Of a stretch of 64,000 nt of DNA, positions 1-13,726 are shown piece after piece. The DNA is taken from positions 85,870,001 to 85,934,000 of the forward strand of contig OZ024746.1 of the NCBI GenBank assembly GCA_964016885.1, given 5' to 3'. Below the pieces are notes generated by a model. It made no database searches and was not told where the DNA came from. It saw only the letters and a program-made list of their open reading frames with translations. The position numbers and the translations under genes are program-made. Every line of letters begins with the position of its first letter. Positions within the stretch are counted from its first letter, which is position 1. Source of the DNA: Eledone cirrhosa. Lineage: Eukaryota.

Positions 1-1076
1 TTTGTTGGTGATATGCCCAACCTGATGTAATTCTGATATAAATTACATCAAACCACAATTGCCCCTTAACTGTGCTTGTTTGCATCATAAAAAATTGTGC
101 ACAAAAGGTTAGTTGCTTAAAATAATGTAGTAATTATTGATTATAATTATCATACATTCAATGCACATATATTTGTCATAGGAAAACTACTAAACATTAG
201 AGAAAACATTACTTCAGACTCTATGTAGCTTTTAAAAACATACACATGCCTTTAGTTGTTTGTTAGAAACCAATGTTCTTTTAAAACTGTTTAATATTTT
301 GAGAAATTATATTCACACTGGAGAGAATTGCTGAAATTTCATATTTCTCTCCCATTCTATTTAATATTTATTTGTATGAGTTTTTAAAAGATGGCTGGTA
401 AACCAGTAAATTTTCATCACTTATTTTCTGTTCCACGTCTCTTTTCATTCCGACAGAGCATATTCTATAACGCGAGTCAGTAACCTTTTCAGTCTAAATA
501 AATAAAAAGAGAAACAAAATTTCAGTGCCTAAGAGTCACTCAAGATAGGCTGCAGTTTCCTGACACCTGCTTTATGATTAAATTGTCTTTCAATACTTCA
601 ACAACTAAACATTATTTTTGTAGTGTAATCTTAGGAGAGCTGTATGCTTTGTTAGCTATTGAATGGAAACTGTCCAAACGATATCAGACTTGATCTTTAT
701 TCAGAATCTTTTAAGTGACAATTTCAGTTTTTTTTAAATTACATAATGTAATTTTTTAAATATCTTGTTTTTACTGTTAACATCCTAGTTTAAAGGGGAT
801 CTGTACAATTTTGTTAAATGCCAAGAATATAGATGTAGTAAATTTGAGAATTAATTCATTGTCTTTAATTCTTTTATCCACATATAACTTGATTCATTCT
901 GTGAACACTACATTAGCAAATGGCATACAAATCTACATTTAGTTTTCATGCCCATCAAACACATACAATACAGGAGTCTTGTACAATAATGAATCCAATA
1001 TATTTCTAAACTTTACTTGTGATGAAATAACTGAACTTTTGAAAGAAATTAAATATTGTTACATGTTATTTTTCAG

Positions 1077-1298
1077 GATTGTATGCAGTATGCAAGTGAA
1101 TCCCGTAATGTAGATATTGCTGAAGAATTAATAGTTTGGTTCCTGGAACAGAAAAACTATGAGTGCTTTGCAGCCTGTCTTTTCCAGTGTTACGATCTTC
1201 TGCGGCCTGATGTAATCCTCGAACTTGCATGGCGTCATAATATCTTAGACTTTGCCATGCCTTATATGATCCAAGTAATGAGAGAGTATACTTCCAAG
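1077..1298 (+). CDS. CLTC: Clathrin heavy chain, internal coding exon (phase 0-0)
   Basis: Bounded by tttcag| and |gtatgt. Encodes [22 protein letters not shown]...[37 protein letters not shown], matching the proximal leg/trimerisation region of clathrin heavy chain. Confidence 0.97.
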
Positions 1299-2950
1299 GT
1301 ATGTATGTATAAATGAAGAATTATTTTTTTGTTAATGTCTTTCTTATAAAAATTTAACTCTGGCATAGCTGTGTGGTTAAGAATTTCCCCATTATAACTG
1401 TGGTTTTTTGTTTTATTCTACTGCTTGGCACCTTGGGCAAGTGACTTCTACTATAGCGTCAAACTGACCAATGCCTTGTAAGTGAACTATACACACATTT
1501 TAGTTTAGATAGACATGCTAGGCTCTGCCCCATCTGAAAGGTCAGTAGCTCCATTGGAGTACTGACTCTGTGACAACCCATCCAACCCTTCATAGCAGGG
1601 AAAGTGGATGTTAAGTGATGATGATTGAGCATACATTTGCAGCCATAAATTGTGTGTATCTGGTTTAGAATAAGTACACCATATCCTTACATGTTTTAAG
1701 AGGGGACTAAATTAAAAGGTTTGTCACCAGAAAGAGCATCCATTGCTTCAAATAAAATCCTATAGAGTATGAAGCCTATTGTGGGGTCTGCTGGGTTAAA
1801 TGCTGCTTTATCAGGGGGAAAAGGCCTTAAAATGTTTTTATTGTATATGTAATAAAAACATGGAAATAAAGGAAGTTTTTTCCATTTTTCATTATTTACC
1901 GTCTATATATGTTCATTCTGTGATAAGATAGAATACTATGTCTAACAATGTTATTGTTCAAAATGCTTGAAAAAAAATCAATGATTTTTCTTTTAAGGTA
2001 GTGGAATATACAATCAGTAAAATCAATCCAAATATCATTAATACTTTTATTGATTTTTGAAGAATGAATATGCTTTCAGTGGAGTTAGTTTGGGAGATGG
2101 GGTCAATGTATTAAAACCTTACTTGGTCTCAGAGGCCCTAAACAAGGTCATGGTCACTGCCCTACATCCTTTGGCTAAGCAAGAAAGTAAATACATAAAA
2201 AATATAATATATAAAACAAAACTTGATATTTCTCCATAGTTTTGCAGGCTTGAAATATACTATTTTACTAGGTGTAATGATCAGTGCAGTGGGGAGCCAC
2301 AATCTACTCACTGAGACCACCATTTTGTTAGCCCTTTTATGATCATATTTATAATGAAAGTTTTTGAAAATAGCCAACAATTTGGAGGGATTTTGAATGT
2401 AATTAACTTTCTAATTATTAAGCTGCTGTTTAGGGCAAAACTTCATTTCTTACATAAAATTATGATGGAAGGTTTTTAGATAAATACAGTCATAGGACCA
2501 AGAGCTGTTTCAGATGGCTTTAAAGAAATGTTATTCAAAAAGGCACAGACATTATGCAATCTCATTTCACAACCTCCAATAAATTCTTCTAGCTATGTAA
2601 GAAATCATCTTGTTAAATAGAGTAAGGTAAATGTCTTAACTGGAAAATTGTCAGAAGGGTTTCTATTTAAATTAAAATCTCCAGCATAATTTTATATAAA
2701 AACATTCTATGTTGCAAATGCTCTTTTAATGATTTCTAATTTTCTAATTTTATTTTTGACATAATTAATTTTAGCATTTATTGATTGAAATATTGTTTCA
2801 TTAGCAATACGGTCATGAAAGAGTAAAAAAAAAAAGATATTTAAATGAAAAGACAATAATTATATATTCATTTCATAAAGAGTATAACTGAGTGAATATG
2901 TCAGCATGTATGACTTTTTTATCATTCCATTTACATTTAATTTATTACAG

Positions 2951-3026
2951 GTTGACAGGTTGGAGCAGTCTGAAGCTGTGAGAAGTGAAGAGGAGCAAAA
3001 GGCCGAAGAAAGACCACTGGTCATTG
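2951..3026 (+). CDS. CLTC: Clathrin heavy chain, penultimate coding exon
   Basis: ttacag|GTTGACAGG...GTCATTG|gtaagt. Encodes VDRLEQSEAVRSEEEQKAEERPLVI(G), in frame with the previous exon; compare human VDKLDASESLRKEEEQ. Confidence 0.95.
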
Positions 3027-4353
3027 GTAAGTATTGTTAACACTTTCGTTAACTTATTTCTAATGAAAGACAATGACTGAATTTCAAATCACTGAAAATA
3101 ATCAGGAATTTTGAGAAATTTAGTAATATAAGTAACTTTCTCATAATTTGGTGTTTAGAGCATAATTTAACAATGGTTCTCGCATGAAATTAGACTTTTT
3201 AGTCCTAAAAAATGAAGAAAAGTATGGATATTCTATATTGTTTGTGTAATAGCTTATATAGCTGAAACTCTTCTGTGTATCTAACTAACCATCTGAGAAA
3301 CGGATATGGAATTTGAGTTTTACTCATGACCACAAAAAAAAATGGCTGTAATGAAATTGGAACATGCAGTTAAATCTTAATCTCCTGTATTGTATGAAAC
3401 TGCATTAAAAGATGTTCTTGAAAAGAACAAGACAGCTCTATGATTGCGTCATATTAAAAATTAAAGTCTTTGTTGTAAATATTCGTTGTATTAAAATAAT
3501 TTATCTGCTAGTAACATTAATACAAACATTTAAATTAACAAACCTGTTTCTAGATATTTTTTACTAATTTATTGCAGGATGTTAAGTTAAGAGTTAAATA
3601 TGTAAGAAAATAATGATGTTATAAACTACCTTCTAATTTGAATTGATTTAACTCATTTTTACCCTATGTCTGTCTGTCAAATTAATTTTGAAAATAATAA
3701 TAATAATAAAAAAAAAAAAACCTGGAAGAATTTGATAAAGTAACTTTTTTAATAGTATGCTGATGTTTGGTACATCATTTAACAAACATTTTGTAAATAA
3801 AATTATGATAGTAGGTATTAATATAACTATGGGCAGTTTTGTATCATAAAGCCCACATGTGGCATTATAGAATTCAAATATATTGAAAAACTTTCATCCA
3901 AAGTTTAATCCTGCTCACTGCAGCTGAAAATAACTAATCAGCTTCATATATATATCATTATGAATTTGATAGACCTGGCATTAGTATGTCTATACTAGAA
4001 CATTAGTTCAATTCTTATAAATTGACTATTATCAAGATTACCAATTAGAAGCAAATTTATTAATGGTGTTTTATAAACAACAAAAATGCATGTTTTAACA
4101 CCATCACTCTGTATAAATATATTTTTTTCTCTAAAATAATGTTACAGTAAATATTACTTAAGGCATTTTCATACTAATTCTCTTAATGCTGAATTTCTGC
4201 TGTCGTCTATTCAATGAAAAACGTAATTTGTAAATATTTTCATATAATAGTTATTTGTATAAAATGAATTGATCTTTATATTACTAATGGGTTCAAACTA
4301 AAATGTTTTTTTTTATAATGAAAATAACATAACAAAATTAAAATTATTTTCAG

Positions 4354-4487
4354 GTGATACCCAATTGATGTTGACTGCTGGACCGATGTCGATGGGCATG
4401 GCAAATACCACTGGCCAGGCATATCCTAATCCCACCATGGTGGGAATGGCAACTCCTATGACCAATCCAGGCTATGGATACATGTAG
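4354..4487 (+). CDS. CLTC: Clathrin heavy chain, last coding exon
   Basis: tttcag|GTGATACC. Encodes (G)DTQLMLTAGP...NPGYGYM*, including the Hsc70-binding QLMLT motif; TAG at 4485-4487. Confidence 0.95.
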
Positions 4488-5880
4488 ACCGCGACAGCTC
4501 ACCTGCCCAACCAGCCAGCAGCATGTAATTTTTATGGAAACTAATTGGACTGGCTTATGAAAAAAAAAAGAAAAAAAGGGGCGGGAGGGGGGTGGGGCCA
4601 GCAGTTTCTGCTGCCTTAGGCCTTTATACTCTGCAGCATTCATTTTAGGGTGGACTTACACTGTATGGGAAGGCACATAATGCTGTTCTAATGAACACTT
4701 TCGGGACGCAAGCTGATTGGTGGAATTGTGTAATTGATTTGATGGACCAGTCAATGGATTCATGTAGACAACTCACTAGCCTGAAATAAACGTACATTTT
4801 TTTTTTTTTTTTTTTAATGCACACATTTATACACACATTAACATTTGAAAAACATTGTCAAAATGGTTTGGATCTAACCAGAATTGATGTGTTGCTTTCA
4901 GCAGTGGGCTTGTAGTGAGTCAGACTAGTAAAAATAAAATAAATATTAATGGGCTTGGCTAAGGTACCACCAATGGATCGGTGTTGCTAAAAGGGTGGGT
5001 AAAGGAGTCGGGTAGCTTGAAAAGATCAAGTCTTAGGGGATGGAGAACAAGGGGTTTGGTTGGGGTGGGTCAGGCAGGGTGCACAACCATTCCGTAGCTG
5101 AAAGATATCTATGGGAGAGGTGCTGTCTAGGAGAGGGATATGAATATTCATCGGCTTGTTTTTGAATAGCTTTGTCAATTACGTAGAATTCCTGTTGCCA
5201 GGAAATGATATTGAAAATTAAAACTACAAGAACTTCTGGGGAATAATAAAAGGTAAAAAGTAACAAAAAAAAAAGAGTAATAATTCTAGCAAATTTAGTA
5301 GTTGAAAGTATAAATTCTTGTTTACTATACACAATATTGTGTATTCATTAATTCACTCACACTCATGCAGTCCAGCAAGAAAACTAACTAATGGTGACTT
5401 CAATAACCATTAGATTGTATGGGTGTTAATCAGTCTCAGAGAAACATGTGTAAACTAATTTTTGTAGCCATGGCTTTTAGTGGGAGAGAGCGTTCTGCTC
5501 CAGCTTTTTCTCCCTCTGACTTCTCTCTGGGAAGGAAATCTAAAATACACACAGTTTTCAGAAGACTCATTTTCTCTCTCTCTTTCTCTCTCTCTCTCTT
5601 TCTCTTTTGGTTGGTTGGTTTATTTGTTCGCTAAAATATTGTAAACAGCTCATGTTGCCTCTCTTCTTCACACTGAATATTATCAGAGTTGTCGTTCATC
5701 CTGCTAACCAGCTTGTACAGAACGCCATTTAATTAAACACACACTTACACACACACACACATATATATGTGACAAGTAAACAGGAACTGGGCTCACAGTT
5801 TTGTTGGCTGCTATTTTTTCTTTATTTTATTTTTAATTTTGAAAAATGTGTGTGTGTGTCTGTCTGTTAGTGTATATGTG

Positions 5881-5921
<41 letters not shown>

Positions 5922-6403
5922 CAGTTTGCTATTTTGCTTATATTCTCCATACAAATGATGAAAAAGAAATAGAAAAAAAGTACATATATTGAAGAGAAAT
6001 AAAATTTTTTTTTTTTTAAATTAACAAACTAAACTGATAAACCATATAGTACCTGAGCACTTCTCAATCTTTTAACATTCTATTTTACAATTATATACGC
6101 TGTTGAAATCACAGAGATATAGAGAGAAAGAGAGGAAAATAGGATGCTTTTTTGTTTTTAATTTCACTGTTTTGTTTATATTTTTTTCTGTTATGTCGTA
6201 TTCTCAGTTAATGTCATTAGTAAGAAGCCACATTATTGAGTCCTGTTTCTATATAAATTTCTGTTTAATAAATTGATTGAAATAATGTATTTAGATTTTT
6301 CTTTGAATGTCTTTAACAAAACAAAAAATCCTCTCCCAACCTTTTACCGAATCAGAGGAAAACAACTATTTAGGGAATTTACATTGTTTCCTGAAACAAA
6401 AGG

Positions 6404-6459
<56 letters not shown>

Positions 6460-7229
6460 TATATATTGTTTAAAAGTTTTCTATGTTGACTCATACATGT
6501 AATTCTTTTTTCTTATTATTCTTCAGAAATTTATTTCATTCCCCATCAGATGTTACCTGATATTGTATAATATCTTATAGACAAAAATGATAACAATAAT
6601 GATGATAACTACTCTAATAAAGTACTTTTTATCCACTACATAGTTTATCTTAGCAATAATTGTCTTAAGTTTTAAAAAGATTTTTGGCTATTATCATTAA
6701 AAGATGTATTGAAATTTGGGCTTTTTTACCCCCCCCCCCCCCTTTTTTTTTTTGAAGAAAGAAAAATAAATACATTTATTGAGAAATATATGGTATGTGT
6801 GGGTATATAATAAATATATATGTATTTAAATTTTATTTCAGCTTCCTTATTTTTTTTTTTTTATCCTTTTTGTTAATCATGTTTCAATCCAATATGGAAT
6901 TTCATTTTAGTTCATAAAGTTTTTGCCATATCTCAAATTAAGAAGTCTGCCACACATTTTAGCCAGTGGCTGCCACAAACTCACCTGTTGTATGCCTTGT
7001 CTTTAACATTTGTCTGTTAAAACATATAACTCCCCTTCCCCTGTTCCCCTCCCCCATTACATCTCTCTTTAAATAACATTAATGGAAATTATATTTAAAA
7101 AAAAAGAAAATGAGGAATGGGTTGAATTAGATTAACACAACTCTTTCTAACAAGTTTCTATTCTCTTTCTCTACCCCTCTCTCCAAAGAACACTGTGTGG
7201 GTATGTGTATGTGCACATGTATGTGTGTG

Positions 7230-7264
<35 letters not shown>

Positions 7265-7380
7265 GTGTGTGCATGTATGTGTGTTGGTATGTATGTATAT
7301 ATGTGTGTGTGTATATATGTATATATATACGTGTGTCTGTATATGTATGTATATATGTATGCATATGTGTGTGTATATGT

Positions 7381-7422
<42 letters not shown>

Positions 7423-8610
7423 CTGTATAAATACAGATATGTATTCATTCATTTACATTGATGCTGAATGTTCACCCCCGTTACTCCTCGTTTTGTGTTT
7501 GTTCAGGCAAATAAAGTGAATCATCAGTTTTGAATGAATAAACTCTTAACGTATTGAGTACTTCTACCTACTTACACACATATGCACACACATTACACAT
7601 GCAAACTAAATCACGGTTTGAGATACTCCCTTCCCTACTGACAATTTTTTTTTTTTAAAGGATGCGCAACAATTGTCTTTTAATTTCTTTGTGATTATGG
7701 TTCTTCATTCATTCATATAGGAAGGAGATCCTGGTAAAAAAAAAAAAAAGTAATAAATATTAAAATAAATTGTTCATTTTGTAACTTTTCTTAATGTGGT
7801 GTGTATAACAAGTATTTGTAGAGTCCTTCCCATTTCAGTGTTGGGCTGTTGTGGTTGGTCTCTAGTTTCCCCAGAGATTTCTTAATGCATATGGTTGGTA
7901 ATACTATTATTATTATTATTATTATTGTTATTATATGGGAGGCACAACTACAGCAGTTATAGCAAAAAAAAAACTAAAAAAACAAACCAATAACTGGAAG
8001 GATGTTAATTTTAATTTTTTATTTTTACTTTAACACTTCCTGTCATTGTAGTTGTTCTAACTGCTGTTGCTGCTATTACTACTACTACCACTACTATTGC
8101 TATTTCTTCTACCATTGGTCTTGGTTGCAGTGATGGTAATGGTAGTAGTAGTAGTGCATATGGTGGCAATGTTGTCTCCGTTGTTGTTGAGGACAGCCTT
8201 GACATGATTGAGGTTTGGTTACTGTTCATCTGTCACTGACAGTTGCTAAATAGTGTCCTCTATTGGAAATGATTGAATAGCATAGTTTCTACTACTAAAG
8301 CAGATGTAAAACTCTATACATGTTCACAAATAAATAAGCAAACCATAAACTGTAAAACATGTCTTTTGTTCTTTCTTGCAATTATTTCCAACTTAAATCT
8401 TTCCTGGTTACTTTTTACCACACAATTGCTTTATTTTATTGTATTGTGTATTTTTACTGCTGTCTTTAACCTATTGACTGCTACATATATTTTACAGTTG
8501 CTGTGCCTGGGTTTTTTTTCTTTTTCCAGTAAAATGACTATTCTTTTTAAACAAATATTTATTAAGAATATATATCTGAATGATTGACAAACGTCACCTC
8601 AATAAACTAG
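4488..8610 (+). other. Probable long 3' UTR of clathrin heavy chain
   Basis: Free of recognisable TEs and rich in U-runs and microsatellites. AATAAA candidates lie near 7510, 7536 and 8601; dispersed repeats resume after ~8640. The end is uncertain. Confidence 0.45.
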
Positions 8611-8950
8611 TAACCCCATCTAACTTGTAAATTAATTCAGATATGTTAGGACAAGTTACCTTGTCTGTGGCACTGGAACTCATACATGTTAGGACGAGTT
8701 ATCTCGCCTATGGCACTGAATAGGTTAAATAAGCACAGTTCTGGCTTGATGTTTTTAGGGGAGAGCAAATAAGATGCGCCAGCATTCATGTCAGTTTTCA
8801 AAATCTTATATATTGAAATGAAGTCAACTAGTTTGAAACCATTTTACTGTTCTGGTTTGTCAAGATCTCTTCAGCTTCAATGAATTATGTCTTTATTGCT
8901 CAATTTTTTTTTTATTTTTCTTTTTTTTTGCAAAGCATAGTAAAGATCCA

Positions 8951-9121
8951 TTAACCCATTAGTATTTACATTTCTCTATATACTATTGTATTTTTGTGGT
9001 AAAGGCTTTATCTTACATAATTGTTTCACATAATATCGAATCGACAAGATTTTGATATTTATTTTGAGAATACATTAACGCCAGTTATGGCCGATTTAAA
9101 CAGAAAGGGGTAAAGGGTTAA
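8951..9121. mobile_element. piggyBac-type MITE copy
   Basis: TTAA-CCC...GGG-TTAA ends; internal sequence shared with the copy at 13079. Confidence 0.7.
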
Positions 9122-10499
9122 TCTGGTATTCAGTAGCCCAAACCCGATTGTCCATCACTTTTTGTTGTACTCCACTAAATTTATTTTCCTTAAGTTCTGA
9201 CTGGTTACCAATGCCACTCTGCCCTTGTTTACATCCAAGTTAAAAAATGCTGGCTAGTGTTTAATTTCTACAGACTATATATATATTGAAAATAAGACCA
9301 AAGACTTAATTTATTCTTAATTTAAATATATAGACAAATACAAGGGTGATGCCCCAGCATGACCTCAGCTGGATGGCTGGAACAGGTAAAAGAGTAATAT
9401 ATATATTGAATTATGGTGGTGGTACTAATATGAGCACTCAAACAGGTAGTGTGTATAAGAAAAACAATGAAGTTTCATTTGCATATATTTATTTTATTGT
9501 ATCTTTATATCATCGTTTAACGTCTATCTTCCACACTAGATATGTGTGTGTGTGTAATGGTACTTTTGTATGTGTGATTGTGAGTGGTAATTCTCACTGT
9601 AGTGAATGATGTGTATTGGTTGTAGATAATTGCAATGGGTAACCAATGTCTACATCTGCTGGAAAGCAAATGTTTTATCCATGAGGAAAGTGAATTCCTC
9701 AATCACATTGCTAGGAGTTTGGAAGAACGAAAGCAGCCATTACTTTTATATGAGATTTATTGTGAAGTATTTTCTGATGGAAACACTTGAATTAACATTT
9801 TGTTATAGCCAAAAGATATGAACAACAAACAATGAGGAAATAATTTGTGTGAGATATGTTTGGGTAGGATGAATGCGTGTGTGCAGTGATACAAGTTAAC
9901 TTGCCTTATAGGAAGTGGCTGGGTGTTATTTTTAGTGGCCCTGCAAACAGGCAGGGTGGAGAGATTTTGCCTGTGACTTATATGGCTTGGGCACCTTGAT
10001 TTAACTTCGTTGTTGTGTTGCAATGTAGATGGAAGAATATGGCTGGGCTCTGATCGAAAGGGCCAAAGTTTTTGCTAAGTACTACATCTTGCTAGTTGCT
10101 TGAGCAGGTCAATCCGATGTCTCTCTGGCGAGGGACCAGAGTAGACTGAGTGAAAATAAAGTTATTTTCTCTTCACTGCAAGATGACCTGCCACTCCAGA
10201 CAAACTGTCAACTCTGACTGATAACAGCGGAAAAACAGCTAGGTGTCAACTGAGGGTCAATGTGAATAGATTTCGCTATATATATATATATATAAATCCT
10301 TCCATTGGTGTAAATGGCTTTCAATGTTAAAAGAAATTAAGTTTAGAAAGATGGAAAGAAAGCATGTAACTAACGTTAAAATGCTACACAGCATTTGAAA
10401 AGTGGTAAATTGGAATGTTGTCATGTGTGGATTTATTATAGGTTTTTTTTTAACAATTCATGACATTAAGAAACAAAAGGGCTTACCAATACATTTCAA

Positions 10500-10673
10500 C
10501 CATTTAAACAATTCTCTCACCTCTTTCTGTTCAAACCAGCCACTCGTATTTATAAGGTATTGTTCTCAAAATAAATAACATACATAATATTGAATCTATG
10601 AGATTTTTAAGATAAAGCCTTTACCGTGAAAAACAATAGTAAATATAGAATAATGTAAATGCTAAAGGGTTAA
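10500..10673. mobile_element. piggyBac-type MITE, partial copy
   Basis: Homologous to 13079-13306; ends aatgctaaagggTTAA. Confidence 0.7.
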
Positions 10674-11849
10674 GGCTGATTCCAAGATACGTTGATGTAA
10701 TGATGTGCAGCAAAGATTTTAAAAATCAAAAATTTCTGAACTAGATGCACTGATTTTTAACCCTTTCATGACCATATTTTTAATGAAATAGTTTTTAAAA
10801 ATTAATCTTGCAATTAGGAAAACCTTTTTCATTATTAGTATATTAAGTAGGTATTTAGAATATAATAGAAATTTTCATGTAAAAATTGTGTGAGAGGTTT
10901 TACTTGGATATGAACAGTCATGGCTGTAGGTGCTGGCATGTCTGTAGTTTAGAAGCTCATTTCTAAAGCATGTGGTTTTTGGTTCATTCCAACTGCATGA
11001 CACCCTGGACAAGTGTTTTCTACTATAACTCCTGGCCAACTAATGACTTTAAGTAAATTTTGAAGACTGAAATTGTGTGGAAGTTTGTTTGTTAGTTTAC
11101 TCATGTTCACAACCTAAGCACTTGAGTCAGTGAATCTTTATTATATTGAAAAGTATAGGTTGGTGACGGGGAGGGTATCCAGCTCTAGAAATTTGCCATG
11201 GATAAAACAGAGTGGAATACTTGAAAGTCAGTAAATTGGTAAAAAAAAGATGAAATTAATGTAAGTAATTGAACCCCAGATATTAATGGCACTTTGGTGG
11301 GTATAATAGATTGAATAACTCGTAACTTTATCTACCTTGGAAAGATGAAGTTATGTCCAGTAGGACATGGGTTAGATTTGGTGTACTATTTAAATTTTGC
11401 TCACATGACATTTTGGATAAAATGCATTATGTGGCTTAGTGGTTAAGGTATTGGATTAATTCCTCGACTGGGTAGTGCATTGTATTCTTGAGCAAGAAGC
11501 TTCATTTCATTTTTCTTTTGAGAGTGGGGTCACTATCATAACAACCAAAAATCTCGAGATGCAACCTTGCAAGAGGCCAGCTGAACCAGCATATGTGTAA
11601 GCTGTAACATGATGGTAGGACTTGGGCTTCTATCATTACAACATCCAAGATGACTTCCATTAGATACAACCTTGTAGGAGGCAAGCTAAACCTTCATAGG
11701 TGTGAACTGTAAATTTCACTTTTCAATGTTTGAACCCCTACTGCAATACATATGTATTCATTTGATGAACTACTGTACCGTATTTTAACCAGTACACTAT
11801 AATCATTCCACTCATGTATTTCATCCATTACACTATTGTTTTCAACCAC

Positions 11850-12055
11850 TCTTCATCATCATTTTACATCTGCTTTTCCCTGCTTGCAAGGGTGGGACAG
11901 GTCCTATTCAGCACAGCATCTCTCCACGGTCCTTCGTCATCTTCTCCGTGAGCGTCGGCGACCTGAGGTCTGCTCTCACCACCTCCGCCCATGTTTTTCG
12001 TGGTCTTCCTCTACTCTGTCTTCCTTCTACTGGGATTTCTTTACCCAGCAGTCAT
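11850..12055 (-). mobile_element. RTE LINE 3' fragment
   Basis: Homologous to 23095-23290, with a (cat)n tail on +. Confidence 0.75.
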
Positions 12056-13078
12056 AGATAAATATTCAACAATGTTACAAATATTGAAGTTGGGTGCATA
12101 TTTATTTCAATCAACTTCTCACTTTTCATAGGTCTGGAATAAGATGGAAAGATTAAATAATATAATACCCTAGTGGAATTTGAACTCAGTTGATATCTAA
12201 AGACTTGGTCTGAATAAAATTAAATACATTTTATTTCATTAATAAAGAATTCAGAGATTTACTAAAAAGTTTTTCATTACTAAGATAGTAACTTAACATG
12301 GCTCTTACATAAAATTGTAAAATTTCAATTTAAATAGGAACCCTTTAAAATACATTGATTTATTTCATAGAACCAGAGCCAGTTTTGGGTTAAGACACTC
12401 AAGGATCAGCCAACGAAAAGCAGATACAGATCAGCTGATAGGTTTTCATACTGTTTTCCATCTAATCTGAGGTTATGTTCAAAATGTTGTACAGTGGGAT
12501 TGAACCTGGAACCACAGGATTGTGAAGCAAATTTATTAACCATACAGCTATATTAGTGTTCAAAGGAATCAATGGGTTACAAAGCACACCACTGTACATG
12601 TGGAAGTAAAATACCTAACTTGGTTGTAGAGGGTACCATTTGATTTCATTTCTTCATAAAATGTATCTAAATTTGAACCTGGGAGATTCTGACATTAGTA
12701 TTGTAAACTAATAGAACACTCGTGAATCATTCAGTGCTACCATGAGCAAACAAAGATTCTACATGATCACTCGACCTGCTATAAATAGCAGCTAAATCTC
12801 CTTCAAATCACACCTTACTATCTAATAATAATAAATAAATAAAAAACAAACATTAGATATCCTTTAAAAGACATGAGCATAAGTCTGTTCAATTTGGGTT
12901 GATCTTGGGCTAAACAGCTGAATTTCCTATCTCTCTTTGCAATAAAAGTTAGCTGACTCTTTTGAGTAATAAGTACCTTTGTTGCCAATATTTGACAGCA
13001 TCATTGGCTGTGTCTACCATTGAGTAGACACAGCCAATAGACTCATGCATATCTTAAAACTGAAACCAGTCAAATGTT

Positions 13079-13306
13079 TTAACCCTTTAGCATTTAAACC
13101 AGCCATATCCGGCCAGAATTCTTTCACCTCTTTCTGTTCAAACCGGTCATAATTGGCCACTCATACGGACGTTAAGGTATTGTTCTCAAAATAAATAACA
13201 TCGAAATCTCGTAGATTCAATATTATGTGGGATATTATCTAAGATAAAGACTTTACCACAAAAATACAATAGTAAATATAGAGTAATGTAAATGCTAAAG
13301 GGTTAA
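13079..13306. mobile_element. piggyBac-type MITE (~225 bp), full copy
   Basis: TTAA|CCCTTTAGCATTTA...TAAATGCTAAAGGG|TTAA: terminal inverted repeats with a TTAA target duplication. About 8 copies in the window. Confidence 0.85.
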
Positions 13307-13345
13307 AACAAAATCAGTAACAAAACAAAGATTTACATTTAAGAA

Positions 13346-13351
13346 TTTATT
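13346..13351 (-). terminator. Candidate CRIPT polyadenylation signal AATAAA
   Basis: tttatt on + strand, ~310 nt downstream of the CRIPT stop. Confidence 0.45.
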
Positions 13352-13661
13352 CACAAATCACATTCTAAATTTCAATTTGACTTAGCACTAACATTTCATT
13401 AAATAACTTTTAAGATTCTAAAAGAAATGTGTGTGTATATATATTTACAATGTATTCAGTCAACTTTTAAACCAACACAGTCATGCAATGAGAATAAAAA
13501 GGGGAGCCTCTGGAAATTGGTACACACTAAATTGCAGTCAAAATAAAAAAAATTGCTTGAACATGAAAATGTGTATTATCTCTATAAAAAATCTGTGTAT
13601 TGGTGTCTGGTATCATCATTCTAGTAGCCTTGTAGAAAACTGGATATGTTGCTCAGTAAGT

Positions 13662-13726
13662 TCACACTGAACTTTGTCGATAGTTTTTGGTATCAATAAC
13701 TTTCTTGCCACACATTGCACAAATTC
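13662..13726 (-). CDS. CRIPT: CRIPT (cysteine-rich PDZ-binding protein) exon 5
   Basis: Minus strand ttgcag|GA ATT TGT GCA ATG TGT...AGT TCA GTG TGA = (G)ICAMCGKKVIDTKNYRQSSV*, a class I PDZ-binding C-terminus. Confidence 0.95.

Noticed and set aside
1299-2950. A counterpart of the vertebrate CLTC 21-nt alternative exon in this intron
   Set aside because: The AG...GT candidates inspected (near 1998, 2080, 2248) were out of frame or contained stops.
7127-7519. ORFs rich in Y/I/C/V/H/T (also near 18700, 22800, 24800, 59900, 60700-61600)
   Set aside because: They are translations of (TA)n, (CA)n and (CT)n microsatellites, not proteins.
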